64,000 nt of DNA from an uncultured virus (IMG/VR IMGVR_UViG_2061766007_000583) (Duplodnaviria > Heunggongvirae > Uroviricota > Caudoviricetes), in the IMG/VR virus record IMGVR_UViG_2061766007_000583. One strand, 5' to 3'. The notes beneath the pieces are model-generated. The model made no database searches. It was not told where the DNA came from and saw only the letters and a program-made list of their open reading frames with translations. Positions 28,742-39,383 of this stretch are shown piece by piece. The translations under genes and the position numbers were made by a program. Within the stretch, counting starts at the first letter, position 1. Each line of letters opens with the position of its first letter.

Positions 28742-29329
28742 TTAATTCCAATCCTTTAATGTATAAATATATTCTCCAATATGTCCTAAAGTAAATGTTG
28801 AATCACACATAATTTTAAAACCACACTGTCTTGCTTTCCAACAAAAACTTAAATCTTCACCTAATCCACAAATAGGTTGAAAACAATCTCCGTATGTTGC
28901 AATAACAGTTTTTAATACTTCTGTTTTAATTAAACAAAATCCCATTCCACAACCTTCAACTTCAAAAGTATCTCTATCAATCAAATCAAAATACTCTTTA
29001 ATTGCTCCGTGTTCTTTTGTTCTAATATCAATATGTGAATATATTGTTGGATTATGATGTTCTCCACTTCTTTCAACATATAATCCAGTTGCTACATCGG
29101 CATCTAAATCTAATAATTTCTGTAATGCTTCGCTCTCAAATGACATATCAGAATCAACAAAAAGTAAATATTTAGCGTTTCTTTCTATTGCTTCTTTAAC
29201 TAAATCGTTTCTCGCATCATAAACTAAACTGCCTTGAACATACATTGTTGGCAACCATAAATTTTGAATACAACTAGCCGTAGTTACATTAAGTGTGTTA
29301 GCACAAGGACAACCTACTAAAATATCCAT
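28742..29329 (-). CDS. Glycosyltransferase family 2
   Basis: ARN, LLFVDSD (DxD), GCGMGFCLIK, GEDLSFC, GHIG. Confidence 0.88.
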   Translation of the reverse strand: MDILVGCPCANTLNVTTASCIQNLWLPTMYVQGSLVYDARNDLVKEAIERNAKYLLFVDSDMSFESEALQKLLDLDADVATGLYVERSGEHHNPTIYSHIDIRTKEHGAIKEYFDLIDRDTFEVEGCGMGFCLIKTEVLKTVIATYGDCFQPICGLGEDLSFCWKARQCGFKIMCDSTFTLGHIGEYIYTLKDWN

Positions 29330-31017
29330 TAGAATAAATCCTCCCAATTATTATTTTCTTTAACTTCAAACTCCGTTACTAAAATTTGATTTCCATATTG
29401 ATTTACTTGTGGTTCACCAATAATTTCTATCTTATAATTTTTATCTTCTCCAATTTTTAAATATTTCTGTAATTCTGAACTTATAAATTGAAATATTAAA
29501 ATGTGTTCATTAGTATTCAATCTTAACATTGTTTTACTAGGAATTAATGCAGTATAATCTTTTCCATTAACATTAAATGGTTTAATATGAATCTTTGGTG
29601 TTTCTACTGCTTTACCACATATGTTTAACGCATTTAAACGCTCTGTAAGGTCAAATAACTCTTCAGGTATAGAATTTATTGAGTAAGAGTTTAAAACGCT
29701 AATTTGGGGCTTGTAGTGCGTAAAAAAGGTATCTAAATATTCAATAACTTCCTTTTCTCTATTTACATCATAACTAGTACCAAATACTGTATCGTGACCT
29801 TCATTATAATTAAATAATCCACTTTCTGTAAGTTTATCATTTAATCCTATAAAGTTAGACCTAACACTTCCAGCCACTTCTCCGTTATCTCTCTCGTGTA
29901 ATAAGAAAACCGTCTTTCCATATTTTCCCAATAATTTATTTGCGACTAATCCAGTTAGTGCAGTCTTTTGGTCTATTTTCTTTAGAATATATTTTTTATT
30001 AAAATCTATTGTATTTTCTATTTCACCAACTAACTTTTTAGTTTCTTCTAATTGTCTAGAATGAAGAGTAGACATTTTGTCCATTATGATTTTCCAATTT
30101 TCTTCTTTCTCTCCAACTAAAAGTCTAAATAAATTTTCTTTATCTTCAATAGTTCCTAATCTAATTGTAGCATTACATTTAGATATTAATCCAAAAGAAT
30201 AATCTTTATTGGTTTGACCACTTTTATAATTAAATTTATCAACTAAAGCAGTTAATGATTTATGTTCTGAAATTCTTTGCTTTCCCCAATAAGAAAAAGT
30301 ATAATTTTCAGCAGTATTCATGTCCATAGAATCAGATATTAGACTAATCATAACATAAGGAATTAATTTAGATGCTATAGGTTTGTCTATCATATCTAAA
30401 CAGTGCCAAGTTACTAAAGCACCACTTCCATTTCTATTTTGAACATTTCCGTTCTGATTATTAACTATAATAGCGTAATCATCAATATTATATTCTTCTC
30501 CGTCTATTTCTTTTATTTTAGTCTGTTTATGATGGTCTGTAATAAATATTTTATATCCTAATTCATTAAGTTCTTTGCATTCTTTTACATTAGAACTTCC
30601 AGCATCTGGAATCCATAATAATCCTTTTTTAGAATTTCTTAAAAATTCCATAACTTCATCGTCTTCAAGTCCGTGAGCCTTTGGATTATTTTCACTATGA
30701 TGAATAGGAATTAACTTTATTTCAGGAATTAATTCTTTTATAAACAAATATACTTCACTTCCTGACATATAACCATCTAAATCACTATCTAATAAAATAT
30801 ATAACGGCTTTGTTTTTCTTGCAGTTTTTGTTTTATAGAATTTTAAAAACTCTTCTTGTAATCTTACAATATTATCATAATTTCCGTTATTCTCTATTGT
30901 AGTTGCACTTATAAAAGTTTCTACATTATCTATTCCACATTTCTGTAAATAAGTTTTTAAATTAATATCTTCTAAATCATTATAGATATTAACTATATCA
31001 AAATTTTCAAAAATCAT
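29329..31017 (-). CDS. recJ: RecJ-like single-stranded DNA exonuclease (DHH)
   Basis: DSDLDG, HG, PDAG, TDHH, SDSM, GSVR, GH. Confidence 0.9.
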   Translation of the reverse strand: MIFENFDIVNIYNDLEDINLKTYLQKCGIDNVETFISATTIENNGNYDNIVRLQEEFLKFYKTKTARKTKPLYILLDSDLDGYMSGSEVYLFIKELIPEIKLIPIHHSENNPKAHGLEDDEVMEFLRNSKKGLLWIPDAGSSNVKECKELNELGYKIFITDHHKQTKIKEIDGEEYNIDDYAIIVNNQNGNVQNRNGSGALVTWHCLDMIDKPIASKLIPYVMISLISDSMDMNTAENYTFSYWGKQRISEHKSLTALVDKFNYKSGQTNKDYSFGLISKCNATIRLGTIEDKENLFRLLVGEKEENWKIIMDKMSTLHSRQLEETKKLVGEIENTIDFNKKYILKKIDQKTALTGLVANKLLGKYGKTVFLLHERDNGEVAGSVRSNFIGLNDKLTESGLFNYNEGHDTVFGTSYDVNREKEVIEYLDTFFTHYKPQISVLNSYSINSIPEELFDLTERLNALNICGKAVETPKIHIKPFNVNGKDYTALIPSKTMLRLNTNEHILIFQFISSELQKYLKIGEDKNYKIEIIGEPQVNQYGNQILVTEFEVKENNNWEDLF

Positions 31018-31062
31018 TTTTCTTTAACCTCGCAATTATTATATCATATAATAACTTTTATG

Positions 31063-32172
31063 TCAAGTTATTTCTTCTTTATTGTTATATAAAATATCAA
31101 ATTGTTCTCTAGTAAAATCAAATGGACTAAATTTATATCCGTCATATCCTTGATTATTATAACAAACAAATACTTGCATATATGGTTTTAATTGTTGTGC
31201 TATTTTCATAACATTCTTTTCAAATGCTTCATAGTATTCGTCGCCAATTTCATAAAAATCAGAATCTATCATAATTACTGCGACATTTGCACCAGTAGAT
31301 AAAATAGTTTTTAATTTCTGTGGTGTTAAATATAATCCATATAATCCTAAAGCCACATTATTATCTTCAAACCAAACTTCAGATTTTAATACAGATTTTT
31401 CTGCTTCTACTAACCATACTTCTTTACGCTTCTTAATTCGCTCTAGATTGAAGTTTTCTCCGTAAAGGTAATATTCTGTAGGGAAAGCATATAAAGTTCC
31501 GTCTAGGGTCTTTAAAGGCTTATATTTGATGTTAGAATTGGGATTCATATTTCTAATTCTAATACCAATCATATCTCCGATTTTATCATAACAAGGAATA
31601 ACAATTTGTGATTGATAATCATAATATCTAATATTATATTTATCTAACACTTCTTCAGTTAATCCATAATCTAACCAATCAGTATGATATTTTTTAGGAA
31701 ATACTTCTAGGTCGGATTTATTATAAACAATCTTATCAAAAGTTTGAATATCTTTATTATATTTGCTTAAAATCTTTTTCCAATTAGATTTATTGCTTGT
31801 TGAAGGGATGTTATTTGAAGAAAAGTTAAATTCAATTCCCTTAAACCCACAAATATACTTTAATACTTCAATACTTTTGTCGGATTTACCAATTAAACTA
31901 TATCTTTTTTGTAATAATGTATAGATATTATAACTACAACTACAACTACTAAAACAAGTAAATACTCTATTCTCAAGATTAAATCTTAAATTAGGGTGAG
32001 CATCTTTAATATCTATATTATGACAAGCAGTTTTAATTCTCCATTCTTTGTTATTCTTATAACAAATATGAAAATCGTTTTCTTCCAAAATTGCTTCATA
32101 ATCCGATAAAGTTAATTTGTCTTCAACATCTATATAAAATTGTTTTAATGCTTCATAATCTTCGTTATTCAT
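31063..32172 (-). CDS. DNA primase (zinc finger plus TOPRIM)
   Basis: TACH...CFSSC, IVIP, GIRIR, LYG.N, VEAEKS, IDSD. Confidence 0.88.
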   Translation of the reverse strand: MNNEDYEALKQFYIDVEDKLTLSDYEAILEENDFHICYKNNKEWRIKTACHNIDIKDAHPNLRFNLENRVFTCFSSCSCSYNIYTLLQKRYSLIGKSDKSIEVLKYICGFKGIEFNFSSNNIPSTSNKSNWKKILSKYNKDIQTFDKIVYNKSDLEVFPKKYHTDWLDYGLTEEVLDKYNIRYYDYQSQIVIPCYDKIGDMIGIRIRNMNPNSNIKYKPLKTLDGTLYAFPTEYYLYGENFNLERIKKRKEVWLVEAEKSVLKSEVWFEDNNVALGLYGLYLTPQKLKTILSTGANVAVIMIDSDFYEIGDEYYEAFEKNVMKIAQQLKPYMQVFVCYNNQGYDGYKFSPFDFTREQFDILYNNKEEIT

Positions 32173-32238
32173 AACAAAAGTTCCTTTCTATGATATTATA
32201 TCATAAAAAGGAACAAATGTCAATAGTATAATTTATGA

Positions 32239-32472
32239 TTAGAGGCTCTTAACCCACTTTTTTAAAACCTTTACGTCTCTATTATTTTGTTTGTCTCTAT
32301 CTTTAATAGTTCTATCAATAACTTGAATAAGACTATTATCTTTAAATATAAAACCTTTAGGAATGGTATTAAAGTTATATTCTTCTTTAAATTTAATATT
32401 ACAACCACCTAACCATTCGGATAAATATCCTTTTCTTTTTAAATCTAAAATAATATCAATCATCGTAATCAT
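32239..32472 (-). CDS. Hypothetical protein (distant paralog of next two)
   Basis: LKRKGY, IPKGF, LKKWVKSL. Confidence 0.6.
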   Translation of the reverse strand: MITMIDIILDLKRKGYLSEWLGGCNIKFKEEYNFNTIPKGFIFKDNSLIQVIDRTIKDRDKQNNRDVKVLKKWVKSL

Positions 32473-32906
32473 TTGTCATCACCTTCTTTTATGTCCTTCA
32501 AATTTTTAATCCATTCTAAAAGTTCTTTATTATGTTCTCGTTTTTCCTTTGGTGAATTATAATCAAGTCTAGTAGAGTATATTCCACCACGACAAATATT
32601 AAATCCTTTCGGTAATCCTTTTTTGCTGATTTTTACGTTCTTATCTAAATCTTCAAAAGCAACTCCCATTCCTTTATGACCTTTTCCTTCGCAAGAACCA
32701 CTAGTATAATATCCTTTAAGATTTAATAATTGTACTACATTAAAAATGTTTTTATCAATATTAATTGCCGATGCTCTGTGCTTTTCTTTACAATCACATA
32801 ATTTTATATCGTCATTATACTTTAAATATATTACCCCTAATTTATCTTTTATTAGTCCGTAACACTTATCGCACATCATTACTGTCTCGTGTCCTTTAAA
32901 AAACAT
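32469..32906 (-). CDS. Hypothetical protein, LNxKGYYTxxSCEG family
   Basis: IDKNI...LNLKGYYTSGSCEG...W. Confidence 0.7.
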   Translation of the reverse strand: MFFKGHETVMMCDKCYGLIKDKLGVIYLKYNDDIKLCDCKEKHRASAINIDKNIFNVVQLLNLKGYYTSGSCEGKGHKGMGVAFEDLDKNVKISKKGLPKGFNICRGGIYSTRLDYNSPKEKREHNKELLEWIKNLKDIKEGDDK

Positions 32907-33283
32907 TAATTTATACTCCTTAATTTAATACACCATTTATTAATCTCTCGTAAAAAATCTTCCTTTGTTGCATTGCAATCTTCTTTTAATGTTAGCCACA
33001 TTGTATTATTGTAATATTCTAATTTGCAAATATTAGGTATATCAACATTAAAATCATATTCTTTATCAAATCCTATAACTCCATCAAACTTTAAATCTTT
33101 TAATTCTTCTTTATCGTGACCTTCACAACTACAAGTTGTATAATAACCTTTTATATTTAAGGTTTGTATTACAAACAAGATTCCAACATCAACATAAATA
33201 TAACCTTTCCTACATTTGCAAGAACCCTTTAATTGATAACAGTTTCTGCAAATAGGCACTTCGTTATGTTTAGTTAATTGCAT
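32906..33283 (-). CDS. Hypothetical protein, LNxKGYYTxxSCEG family
   Basis: VDVGI...LNIKGYYTTCSCEGH...W. Confidence 0.7.
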   Translation of the reverse strand: MQLTKHNEVPICRNCYQLKGSCKCRKGYIYVDVGILFVIQTLNIKGYYTTCSCEGHDKEELKDLKFDGVIGFDKEYDFNVDIPNICKLEYYNNTMWLTLKEDCNATKEDFLREINKWCIKLRSIN

Positions 33284-35877
33284 TCTTCTGTTTCCTCTTC
33301 TTCAATTATTAATTTATCTACATTAATCGGACAATTATTTTTATCCGTACAATATAAATCATATGTTCTACAAGTTCCTAAATCTATATACTGAAATATT
33401 TTCATATGTTTAGGATATTTACTTGCTCTACCTTTAATAATATGAATTACATTATTGGGTTCTTCTATACCAAAATTTCCCCTTGCTATCTTATCAAATA
33501 TAGGTTTAGTTTGCTCAAGTTCTTTATTTGTAGGCTCAAGCATAATATAAGTTCCATCTGTTTTTCTTATTTGAGATTTACCACCAGCAAGACAAGATTC
33601 ATTAGGATATGCAAGGTTATTTTCATTTCCGTTTGTTTGACAAGAACTTATAAGACCTATTCCATATTTTCTTTGTGTTTGTTTTAATCTATCTGTAAGA
33701 GTTAAAAGCACCATATCTTCTCTTTGTGGTACTTTTGTTTCGTTAGATATTTCTTTTGCTACAAAACCATTATTCTGAACATAATCAAAACAGATATTTT
33801 TAATATTTTTATTTAATACATAATCAGCAATGGTTTCTTGTAAACTTTTTGTAGTAAATTCAGGGTCATCTACAATATATAATTCGCTATCCAATAATAC
33901 TTGAGTAGCATAATCAACTCTTTCTTCTTCTCCTTCTTCATATCTTCCGTCCATAATATGAGAACGTGATACATTAGAAATCCAAGCAATAATCATAGGG
34001 TCAACTTCTCTTCTTAAATCCATTTCAGTATTAATAAATAATCCTGCTCCTACTCTCGATTTGTTTTTAACCCATTGTTTTAATTTAGGGTCATAATATT
34101 CTTTGATTGTTGTTTTACAAAGGTCTCCTATAGATGTAGTAGTATTATGTGTAACAATAAAATCATTTGTTAAATATAAATGTTCTTCATTGTCTACATA
34201 AATACATACCATCTCTTTTTGGTAATCTTCTTTAACAATTTTTCTAATTCCAATTCTATTATAATCTCTTTTTTTATTGAAATTAACTGCTTCTTTGGCT
34301 ATATTTAATTTTCTAGATAATCTAAAGAATTTTTGTTTTTCTGAATTATCAATTGATATATGTAAAATGTAACAAGTTCTTTGTGGTACTTCATTTTTAA
34401 TTCTATCATGTTTTCTAATAGAACAAATATAACCTAAACTTCTTATCACTTCTGCTATATCATTAGCCAAATTTAAACTTGTAGTAGTATATGTAACATT
34501 ATATCTACCACCTTCTACACTTATACTTCCATCGGTGTCAAAAAGACCTTGTAATAAATTAAGTCTTTGTTCTACAGAACCATATTTATATTCATTAGGT
34601 ATTTTCTTTAAATGACTATAAGTGCATATTTCATTTTTGTATTCATTAAATAATTGTTTAGTCTGTAAATATATTCTATTATATTTATTTTCTTCGTTAT
34701 CTTGCTTTTCATCTATAAAATGCCAACTATAATTATAAGGACACTTAATATATTTAGCATTTAATAAATTAGCAACATTTCTAACTTGTTCTTCATCATT
34801 ACTAGATAAAGTTAACATTCTCTCTTTACAACAACCATTACCTATAAAACTACCAATTACATAAGGGTCGATATTGTAATCTTTTTTAGAATATTCTATA
34901 ACTTTATTTGTAGGAATATATACTGTATTAGAAAGTTGCATAATTTCTTTTAATGTATGAGTTATTAATGTGTCTTTATTTTTTCTTTTTTTACTAGTGA
35001 CATCCCAATAACTCCATAAATGTTCATCATTACACTGCGTACTTCTTCCATCTGCTAAAGTTACAGTATAACAATCTAACATTCCTTGTGGAAATACACC
35101 AAGAACTTTAGTGGGTTTTCCAAGTCTATCATATACATAGTCTCCTACTTTAATATCTCCTAGTTTTTTATATCCATTTGGTGTAGGAATTATCGTATCA
35201 ATAGGTTGTGCTTTCCCACCGCCAGATTTTGCAACTCTTAATAAGAAACCATACATACCACGAAATATGCTATTCATATAAGGTGATTGAAAACTTGCCC
35301 CCATTAAAGGTTCTTCCATAAATTCTCTTTTAGTTTCTGCAAAATCGCTCCCAGCCTTATATTCTTCAGCATTATTTTTTACATTAAATTCTCTTTTTAT
35401 TTCTGCTATTTGACCTTCATAATATTCAATGATATCTTTTATTGAATGCTTACTTAATTCTTCAAATGCTTTAGCCGAATCAATATCTTCATTATAAAAC
35501 ATTGAAATATCAAATTTCTTATCTTTATACATAGATAAAAGAGAGAATTTTCTTACTATATCATAATAAACATCATAAGATTCTTCTTTCTTCATTTTTT
35601 TGATGGTTTCAATAAAAGTTATTCCATCATTATCTTCGAATATTGCATACTGTGCTGGGTAATTTTTTAGAAATTCTACAAAATCTTCTTCGTTTAAAGA
35701 CTTTGCTCCACGCTCCTTTAATGTTTTAATTACAACAAATATGATTTTGTCAAATTCTTTACAACGAAAATCATACTTACTTAAAGGGTGCTTTTCATCT
35801 AATAACGATGTATCGTTACATAGTGAGCCTAATACAAATAGTGCTGACGATTCATCATATAACAAATCTAACACCAC
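33274..35877 (-). CDS. dnaB: DnaB-like replicative helicase with intein
   Basis: GTG start; AKSGGGK|TT Walker A after intein removal, FINTEM, FDYVQ, CQ.N, IKGR. Confidence 0.9.
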   Translation of the reverse strand: MVLDLLYDESSALFVLGSLCNDTSLLDEKHPLSKYDFRCKEFDKIIFVVIKTLKERGAKSLNEEDFVEFLKNYPAQYAIFEDNDGITFIETIKKMKKEESYDVYYDIVRKFSLLSMYKDKKFDISMFYNEDIDSAKAFEELSKHSIKDIIEYYEGQIAEIKREFNVKNNAEEYKAGSDFAETKREFMEEPLMGASFQSPYMNSIFRGMYGFLLRVAKSGGGKAQPIDTIIPTPNGYKKLGDIKVGDYVYDRLGKPTKVLGVFPQGMLDCYTVTLADGRSTQCNDEHLWSYWDVTSKKRKNKDTLITHTLKEIMQLSNTVYIPTNKVIEYSKKDYNIDPYVIGSFIGNGCCKERMLTLSSNDEEQVRNVANLLNAKYIKCPYNYSWHFIDEKQDNEENKYNRIYLQTKQLFNEYKNEICTYSHLKKIPNEYKYGSVEQRLNLLQGLFDTDGSISVEGGRYNVTYTTTSLNLANDIAEVIRSLGYICSIRKHDRIKNEVPQRTCYILHISIDNSEKQKFFRLSRKLNIAKEAVNFNKKRDYNRIGIRKIVKEDYQKEMVCIYVDNEEHLYLTNDFIVTHNTTTSIGDLCKTTIKEYYDPKLKQWVKNKSRVGAGLFINTEMDLRREVDPMIIAWISNVSRSHIMDGRYEEGEEERVDYATQVLLDSELYIVDDPEFTTKSLQETIADYVLNKNIKNICFDYVQNNGFVAKEISNETKVPQREDMVLLTLTDRLKQTQRKYGIGLISSCQTNGNENNLAYPNESCLAGGKSQIRKTDGTYIMLEPTNKELEQTKPIFDKIARGNFGIEEPNNVIHIIKGRASKYPKHMKIFQYIDLGTCRTYDLYCTDKNNCPINVDKLIIEEEETEECN
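34144..35211 (-). mobile_element. Class 3 intein (356 aa, Ala-start) with LAGLIDADG endonuclease
   Basis: AQP start, EHLW, MVCIYV, VTHN|T; IGSFIGNG and LQGLFDTDG. Confidence 0.9.
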
Positions 35878-36101
35878 CTTTCTTAATCATATTTTATACT
35901 ATTATAACATAAACTTTATAAAAAGTCAATATTAATCATTATTTAATTCTCTAATATTTTCAAGAATTTCATTAACAGTATTAGTATTGATTGACTTAAT
36001 CTGAACATAAGTTTCTTTATTATTATATGTATTGTTGCTATACATTTCTTTAATTTTTCTATAAGTTTCTTCGTTATCTCTATTTTCCATATTTTACTCC
36101 C

Positions 36102-36632
36102 TTATAAATCATCAAACTTTTTTACCTTACTTTTTTTATGTTGCTTTATTACCACTCTATTTTCATCTAAATTAAATTGTTCTGTTTTAGATTTAAGTTC
36201 TTTTGTTTCTTTCCAATAATTATAGGCTTCAAGATAAACAAATGGAACTAAATTTAATATTGAACCATTAAAGTTTTCATCAAAAAAGTTTTGACTTTTA
36301 ATTACTCTCATATACCACAAACAATATCTTATCCAATTATAAGTTAAATTTGGATTTTCTTTTTGAATATTTTTTATTTGTGCAGTCATAAGAGTCCAAT
36401 TTATATCGTGTTTATCCCAACCACCATCAACAAATATTTCTTGAATATAATCTGTTAATAAACGCCTATCGTTAGGTTCTCCGTCTGCTTTAGTTTTTGG
36501 TGCTTTATATTTAATCTTATTTCTCTGAAGGTCATAATGTTCTTCATTACAATAATATTGACCTTGCTGAACAGAATAAGCACCTTCTTTAGTTATTTCT
36601 TTTTTACAAAACCTACATTTTACTACACTCAT
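36102..36632 (-). CDS. Zinc-binding hypothetical protein of replication module
   Basis: CRFC...YYCNEEH; GGAG RBS. Confidence 0.7.
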   Translation of the reverse strand: MSVVKCRFCKKEITKEGAYSVQQGQYYCNEEHYDLQRNKIKYKAPKTKADGEPNDRRLLTDYIQEIFVDGGWDKHDINWTLMTAQIKNIQKENPNLTYNWIRYCLWYMRVIKSQNFFDENFNGSILNLVPFVYLEAYNYWKETKELKSKTEQFNLDENRVVIKQHKKSKVKKFDDL

Positions 36633-36813
36633 AATTACTCTCCATAGGATAATAATATTCACAAGTATTTTCGTCAAAACTTTCTATCGAATCAAACTGC
36701 GATATAGAATACATACCTTTACCTCTAAAATCGTGTTTACTAATATTTCTCTCACAGTCTCTTTTACAGTTTTTAAAATTGCAATATGTAATATCTTTTG
36801 GTCTATCATTCAT
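36613..36813 (-). CDS. Small Cys-rich hypothetical protein
   Basis: DITYC...C...C.R. Confidence 0.6.
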   Translation of the reverse strand: MNDRPKDITYCNFKNCKRDCERNISKHDFRGKGMYSISQFDSIESFDENTCEYYYPMESNYECSKM

Positions 36814-37564
36814 TACTTAATCTCTCCTTTGCTATATCAAAATATTTCTTATCTAATTCTATTCCGATAAATCTTCTGTTTAGTTCCTTACAAGCAAGTG
36901 CAGTAGTTCCACTTCCACTAAAACAGTCTAATACAATATCGTTTTCATTTGTTAATAATTCTACTAAATATTTAATAATCTTTATATCTTTCATTGTAGG
37001 ATGATATTTAGCACTCTGTACTGTAGTATCTAATACACAACGCTCAAATCCATTCATTCTATTAAATGTCCATTTAGTAGGTTTATTCTTACTGTTATAA
37101 ATTCCCCATAAAGCAAATTCTACATCGTTGACAAACATTCTGTCTCTATTAAATGGAGCAGGATTTGATTTACGTAATACAAGACAACGCTTAACTGTAA
37201 TATTATTTTTAGTACAAGCATCTTTAATTGTTTTTAAGTTTTCCCAAGCATTAAATATTACAACATTAGAATTGTCTTTGAGTATTTTTGGGAACTTATC
37301 AATAAACCCAATTAAATCAAAATTTTTATCCCATTCTCCAAAATCCATTCCGTTACGACTTGCACCTTTTAATGTATCAAAGTTAGTCTCTCTAGAAATA
37401 TTATAAGGTGGGTCGCAAATTATACAATCTACTGTATTTTCTGCAATTTTATCCATTACTTTAATACAATCATTATTAATTAATACTCCACGCTCTTTAT
37501 GATTTTCATCATATTCTTTGTAGAACATTTCTGTATCATACTTAAATAAGTCTTCAAAATTCAT
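36806..37564 (-). CDS. DNA N6-adenine methyltransferase (beta class)
   Basis: CDPPYN, HPTMK, DCFSGSGTT, GIELD. Confidence 0.92.
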   Translation of the reverse strand: MNFEDLFKYDTEMFYKEYDENHKERGVLINNDCIKVMDKIAENTVDCIICDPPYNISRETNFDTLKGASRNGMDFGEWDKNFDLIGFIDKFPKILKDNSNVVIFNAWENLKTIKDACTKNNITVKRCLVLRKSNPAPFNRDRMFVNDVEFALWGIYNSKNKPTKWTFNRMNGFERCVLDTTVQSAKYHPTMKDIKIIKYLVELLTNENDIVLDCFSGSGTTALACKELNRRFIGIELDKKYFDIAKERLSNE

Positions 37565-37696
37565 TTCTAAAACTCCTTATTAATCTTATAAAGATTATAT
37601 CATATTTTATATGTTTTGTCAACATAAAAAAGGAAACTTTTTATAGTCTCCTTTTTTTATGTTTCAATTTTTTACAGATTGTCAAATTGCAATATA

Positions 37697-38716
37697 TTAA
37701 TCTTCGTTAATCTCTACATTAAGAAGAGTAGCCTTTGTAACGAGATTATTATAAATATTGTCAAGTTTAATTAAATCATCATCTGTGGCTTGAGTAACCT
37801 TCTTGCCTACTCCGAGTTCGGATTCAACAATATTAGTAACTTCTTCTCCACAAACATTCATTAACTTCTTAACATAAGGCTTGATTAAATCAAAATAATC
37901 TTCCTTTGTTAACTGCTTTTTAGGTGTAGTTGCACCAATTTCAGCACCTTCATTTTCTGCTGACTTTTTTACTGCTTCTTCAATAGCCTTAATAAGATTT
38001 TCGGCAGTAAAAGGATTTACAATAGTCTGAATTGCAAATCTACTACGAGCGAATACACTCTTTGTTCTCTTACAGATTGCAGTTGAAGGAATTGTTTCGA
38101 AAGTTTCATTATCAATTCCGTTAGGTTTCAAATAAATACAGAAGTCTACTAAATCTCTCAACATTCTCATAGATGACTTCTCATTTGAAGTTCCTTTAGG
38201 TTGAGTAAAATTATACTTTCCATCTCCAACTTCTTCATCTTTTTCTGTGATTTCTTCGTGACAGATGAATACTACAGTATAACCTTTTGCAGTTAATCTG
38301 TTGATTTGAGTCTGAAAATCAGTTCTTGCAAGATTATAACCATTCTGCTTACCAGTAATCTCTGATAAATCACGAACTCCAAATTCATTACAAATTGACC
38401 TTTCAGACAACTTAACAAGGTTTTCAGCAGTATCAATAACAAGTGTTTTAAGAATATCTTTATATTTATCAACATTCTTACATACGTCATCAACAACGTC
38501 CTTAAATTCAGACCACTTATCAGTACAGTCTACTTTAGGACAGTTAACTGCTGAACCACCTGCTTCGGTCATAATCAATAAAGGACTAGGAAAATGACAC
38601 GCTTGATATGTTTTACCAGTATCATTAGTACCATAAAGCATAATCTTCTTTCCAGCAATTCCATCATCGAAAGTGACCTTTTCTTTGAGTAACTCTTCAT
38701 AATTAAATTTTCCCAT
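37697..38716 (-). CDS. Sak4-like AAA ATPase (ssDNA-annealing recombinase)
   Basis: YGTNDTGKT, EAG, LVIDT, FICHE, FARSR. Confidence 0.8.
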   Translation of the reverse strand: MGKFNYEELLKEKVTFDDGIAGKKIMLYGTNDTGKTYQACHFPSPLLIMTEAGGSAVNCPKVDCTDKWSEFKDVVDDVCKNVDKYKDILKTLVIDTAENLVKLSERSICNEFGVRDLSEITGKQNGYNLARTDFQTQINRLTAKGYTVVFICHEEITEKDEEVGDGKYNFTQPKGTSNEKSSMRMLRDLVDFCIYLKPNGIDNETFETIPSTAICKRTKSVFARSRFAIQTIVNPFTAENLIKAIEEAVKKSAENEGAEIGATTPKKQLTKEDYFDLIKPYVKKLMNVCGEEVTNIVESELGVGKKVTQATDDDLIKLDNIYNNLVTKATLLNVEINED

Positions 38717-38806
38717 ATGTTTAATTATTCCTTTCTATAAATTTTTTAACATAATCATATTATACCATACTTAATTATAAAAGTCAAGCATTATTTTTAT
38801 ATTTAT

Positions 38807-39022
38807 TTAAAATTTTCTAAACTGTGAATCATAACCCAAAGCAGGAATAAATATAATTTCTACCATATCTTCTTCTTTGCTTTTGTTCTCATATGCCCCT
38901 ATGTTCCAACCGTGTTTAGTTGCCACTTCTTCAATGTCATTTAGAAAATTAGTAAGGGCAGTTAATTCTTTATCTTCTTCTTTTTTATTCATTTTATTTT
39001 CCTTTCTTAATTCAAATTTCAT
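38807..39022 (-). CDS. Hypothetical protein
   Basis: ORF track; start may be 38992. Confidence 0.55.
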   Translation of the reverse strand: MKFELRKENKMNKKEEDKELTALTNFLNDIEEVATKHGWNIGAYENKSKEEDMVEIIFIPALGYDSQFRKF

Positions 39023-39383
39023 TTAATATTATCTTCTTCATTTTTTCTTCACTTCCTAAAGCATCTTTGAATTTTTCAAACGCTTTAGGTGACATATAAA
39101 TTTTACCATCCATAAGATAATAATTCATATCATAAATTGGTTTACTACCATATTTCTTTATCCATTTTTTATTTATTCTTCTTTTATGATGTTTTCTAGT
39201 TTGAACATAACCTTTAACTAGATTTTTTGAAATTACAATATCTAATCCATTTATTAAATAATCTTTCATTATAGTTATATTTTCACTTTCTCCACTCTTT
39301 ATCAACATTCTAATTGCTATATTATTATAGCAACGAGCAATTAATTCTAATTCTTTATTCTTCGTCATCTTCTTCGTAATCAT
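39012..39383 (-). CDS. Basic hypothetical protein
   Basis: RKHHKRRINKKWIKKYG motif. Confidence 0.65.
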   Translation of the reverse strand: MITKKMTKNKELELIARCYNNIAIRMLIKSGESENITIMKDYLINGLDIVISKNLVKGYVQTRKHHKRRINKKWIKKYGSKPIYDMNYYLMDGKIYMSPKAFEKFKDALGSEEKMKKIILNEI

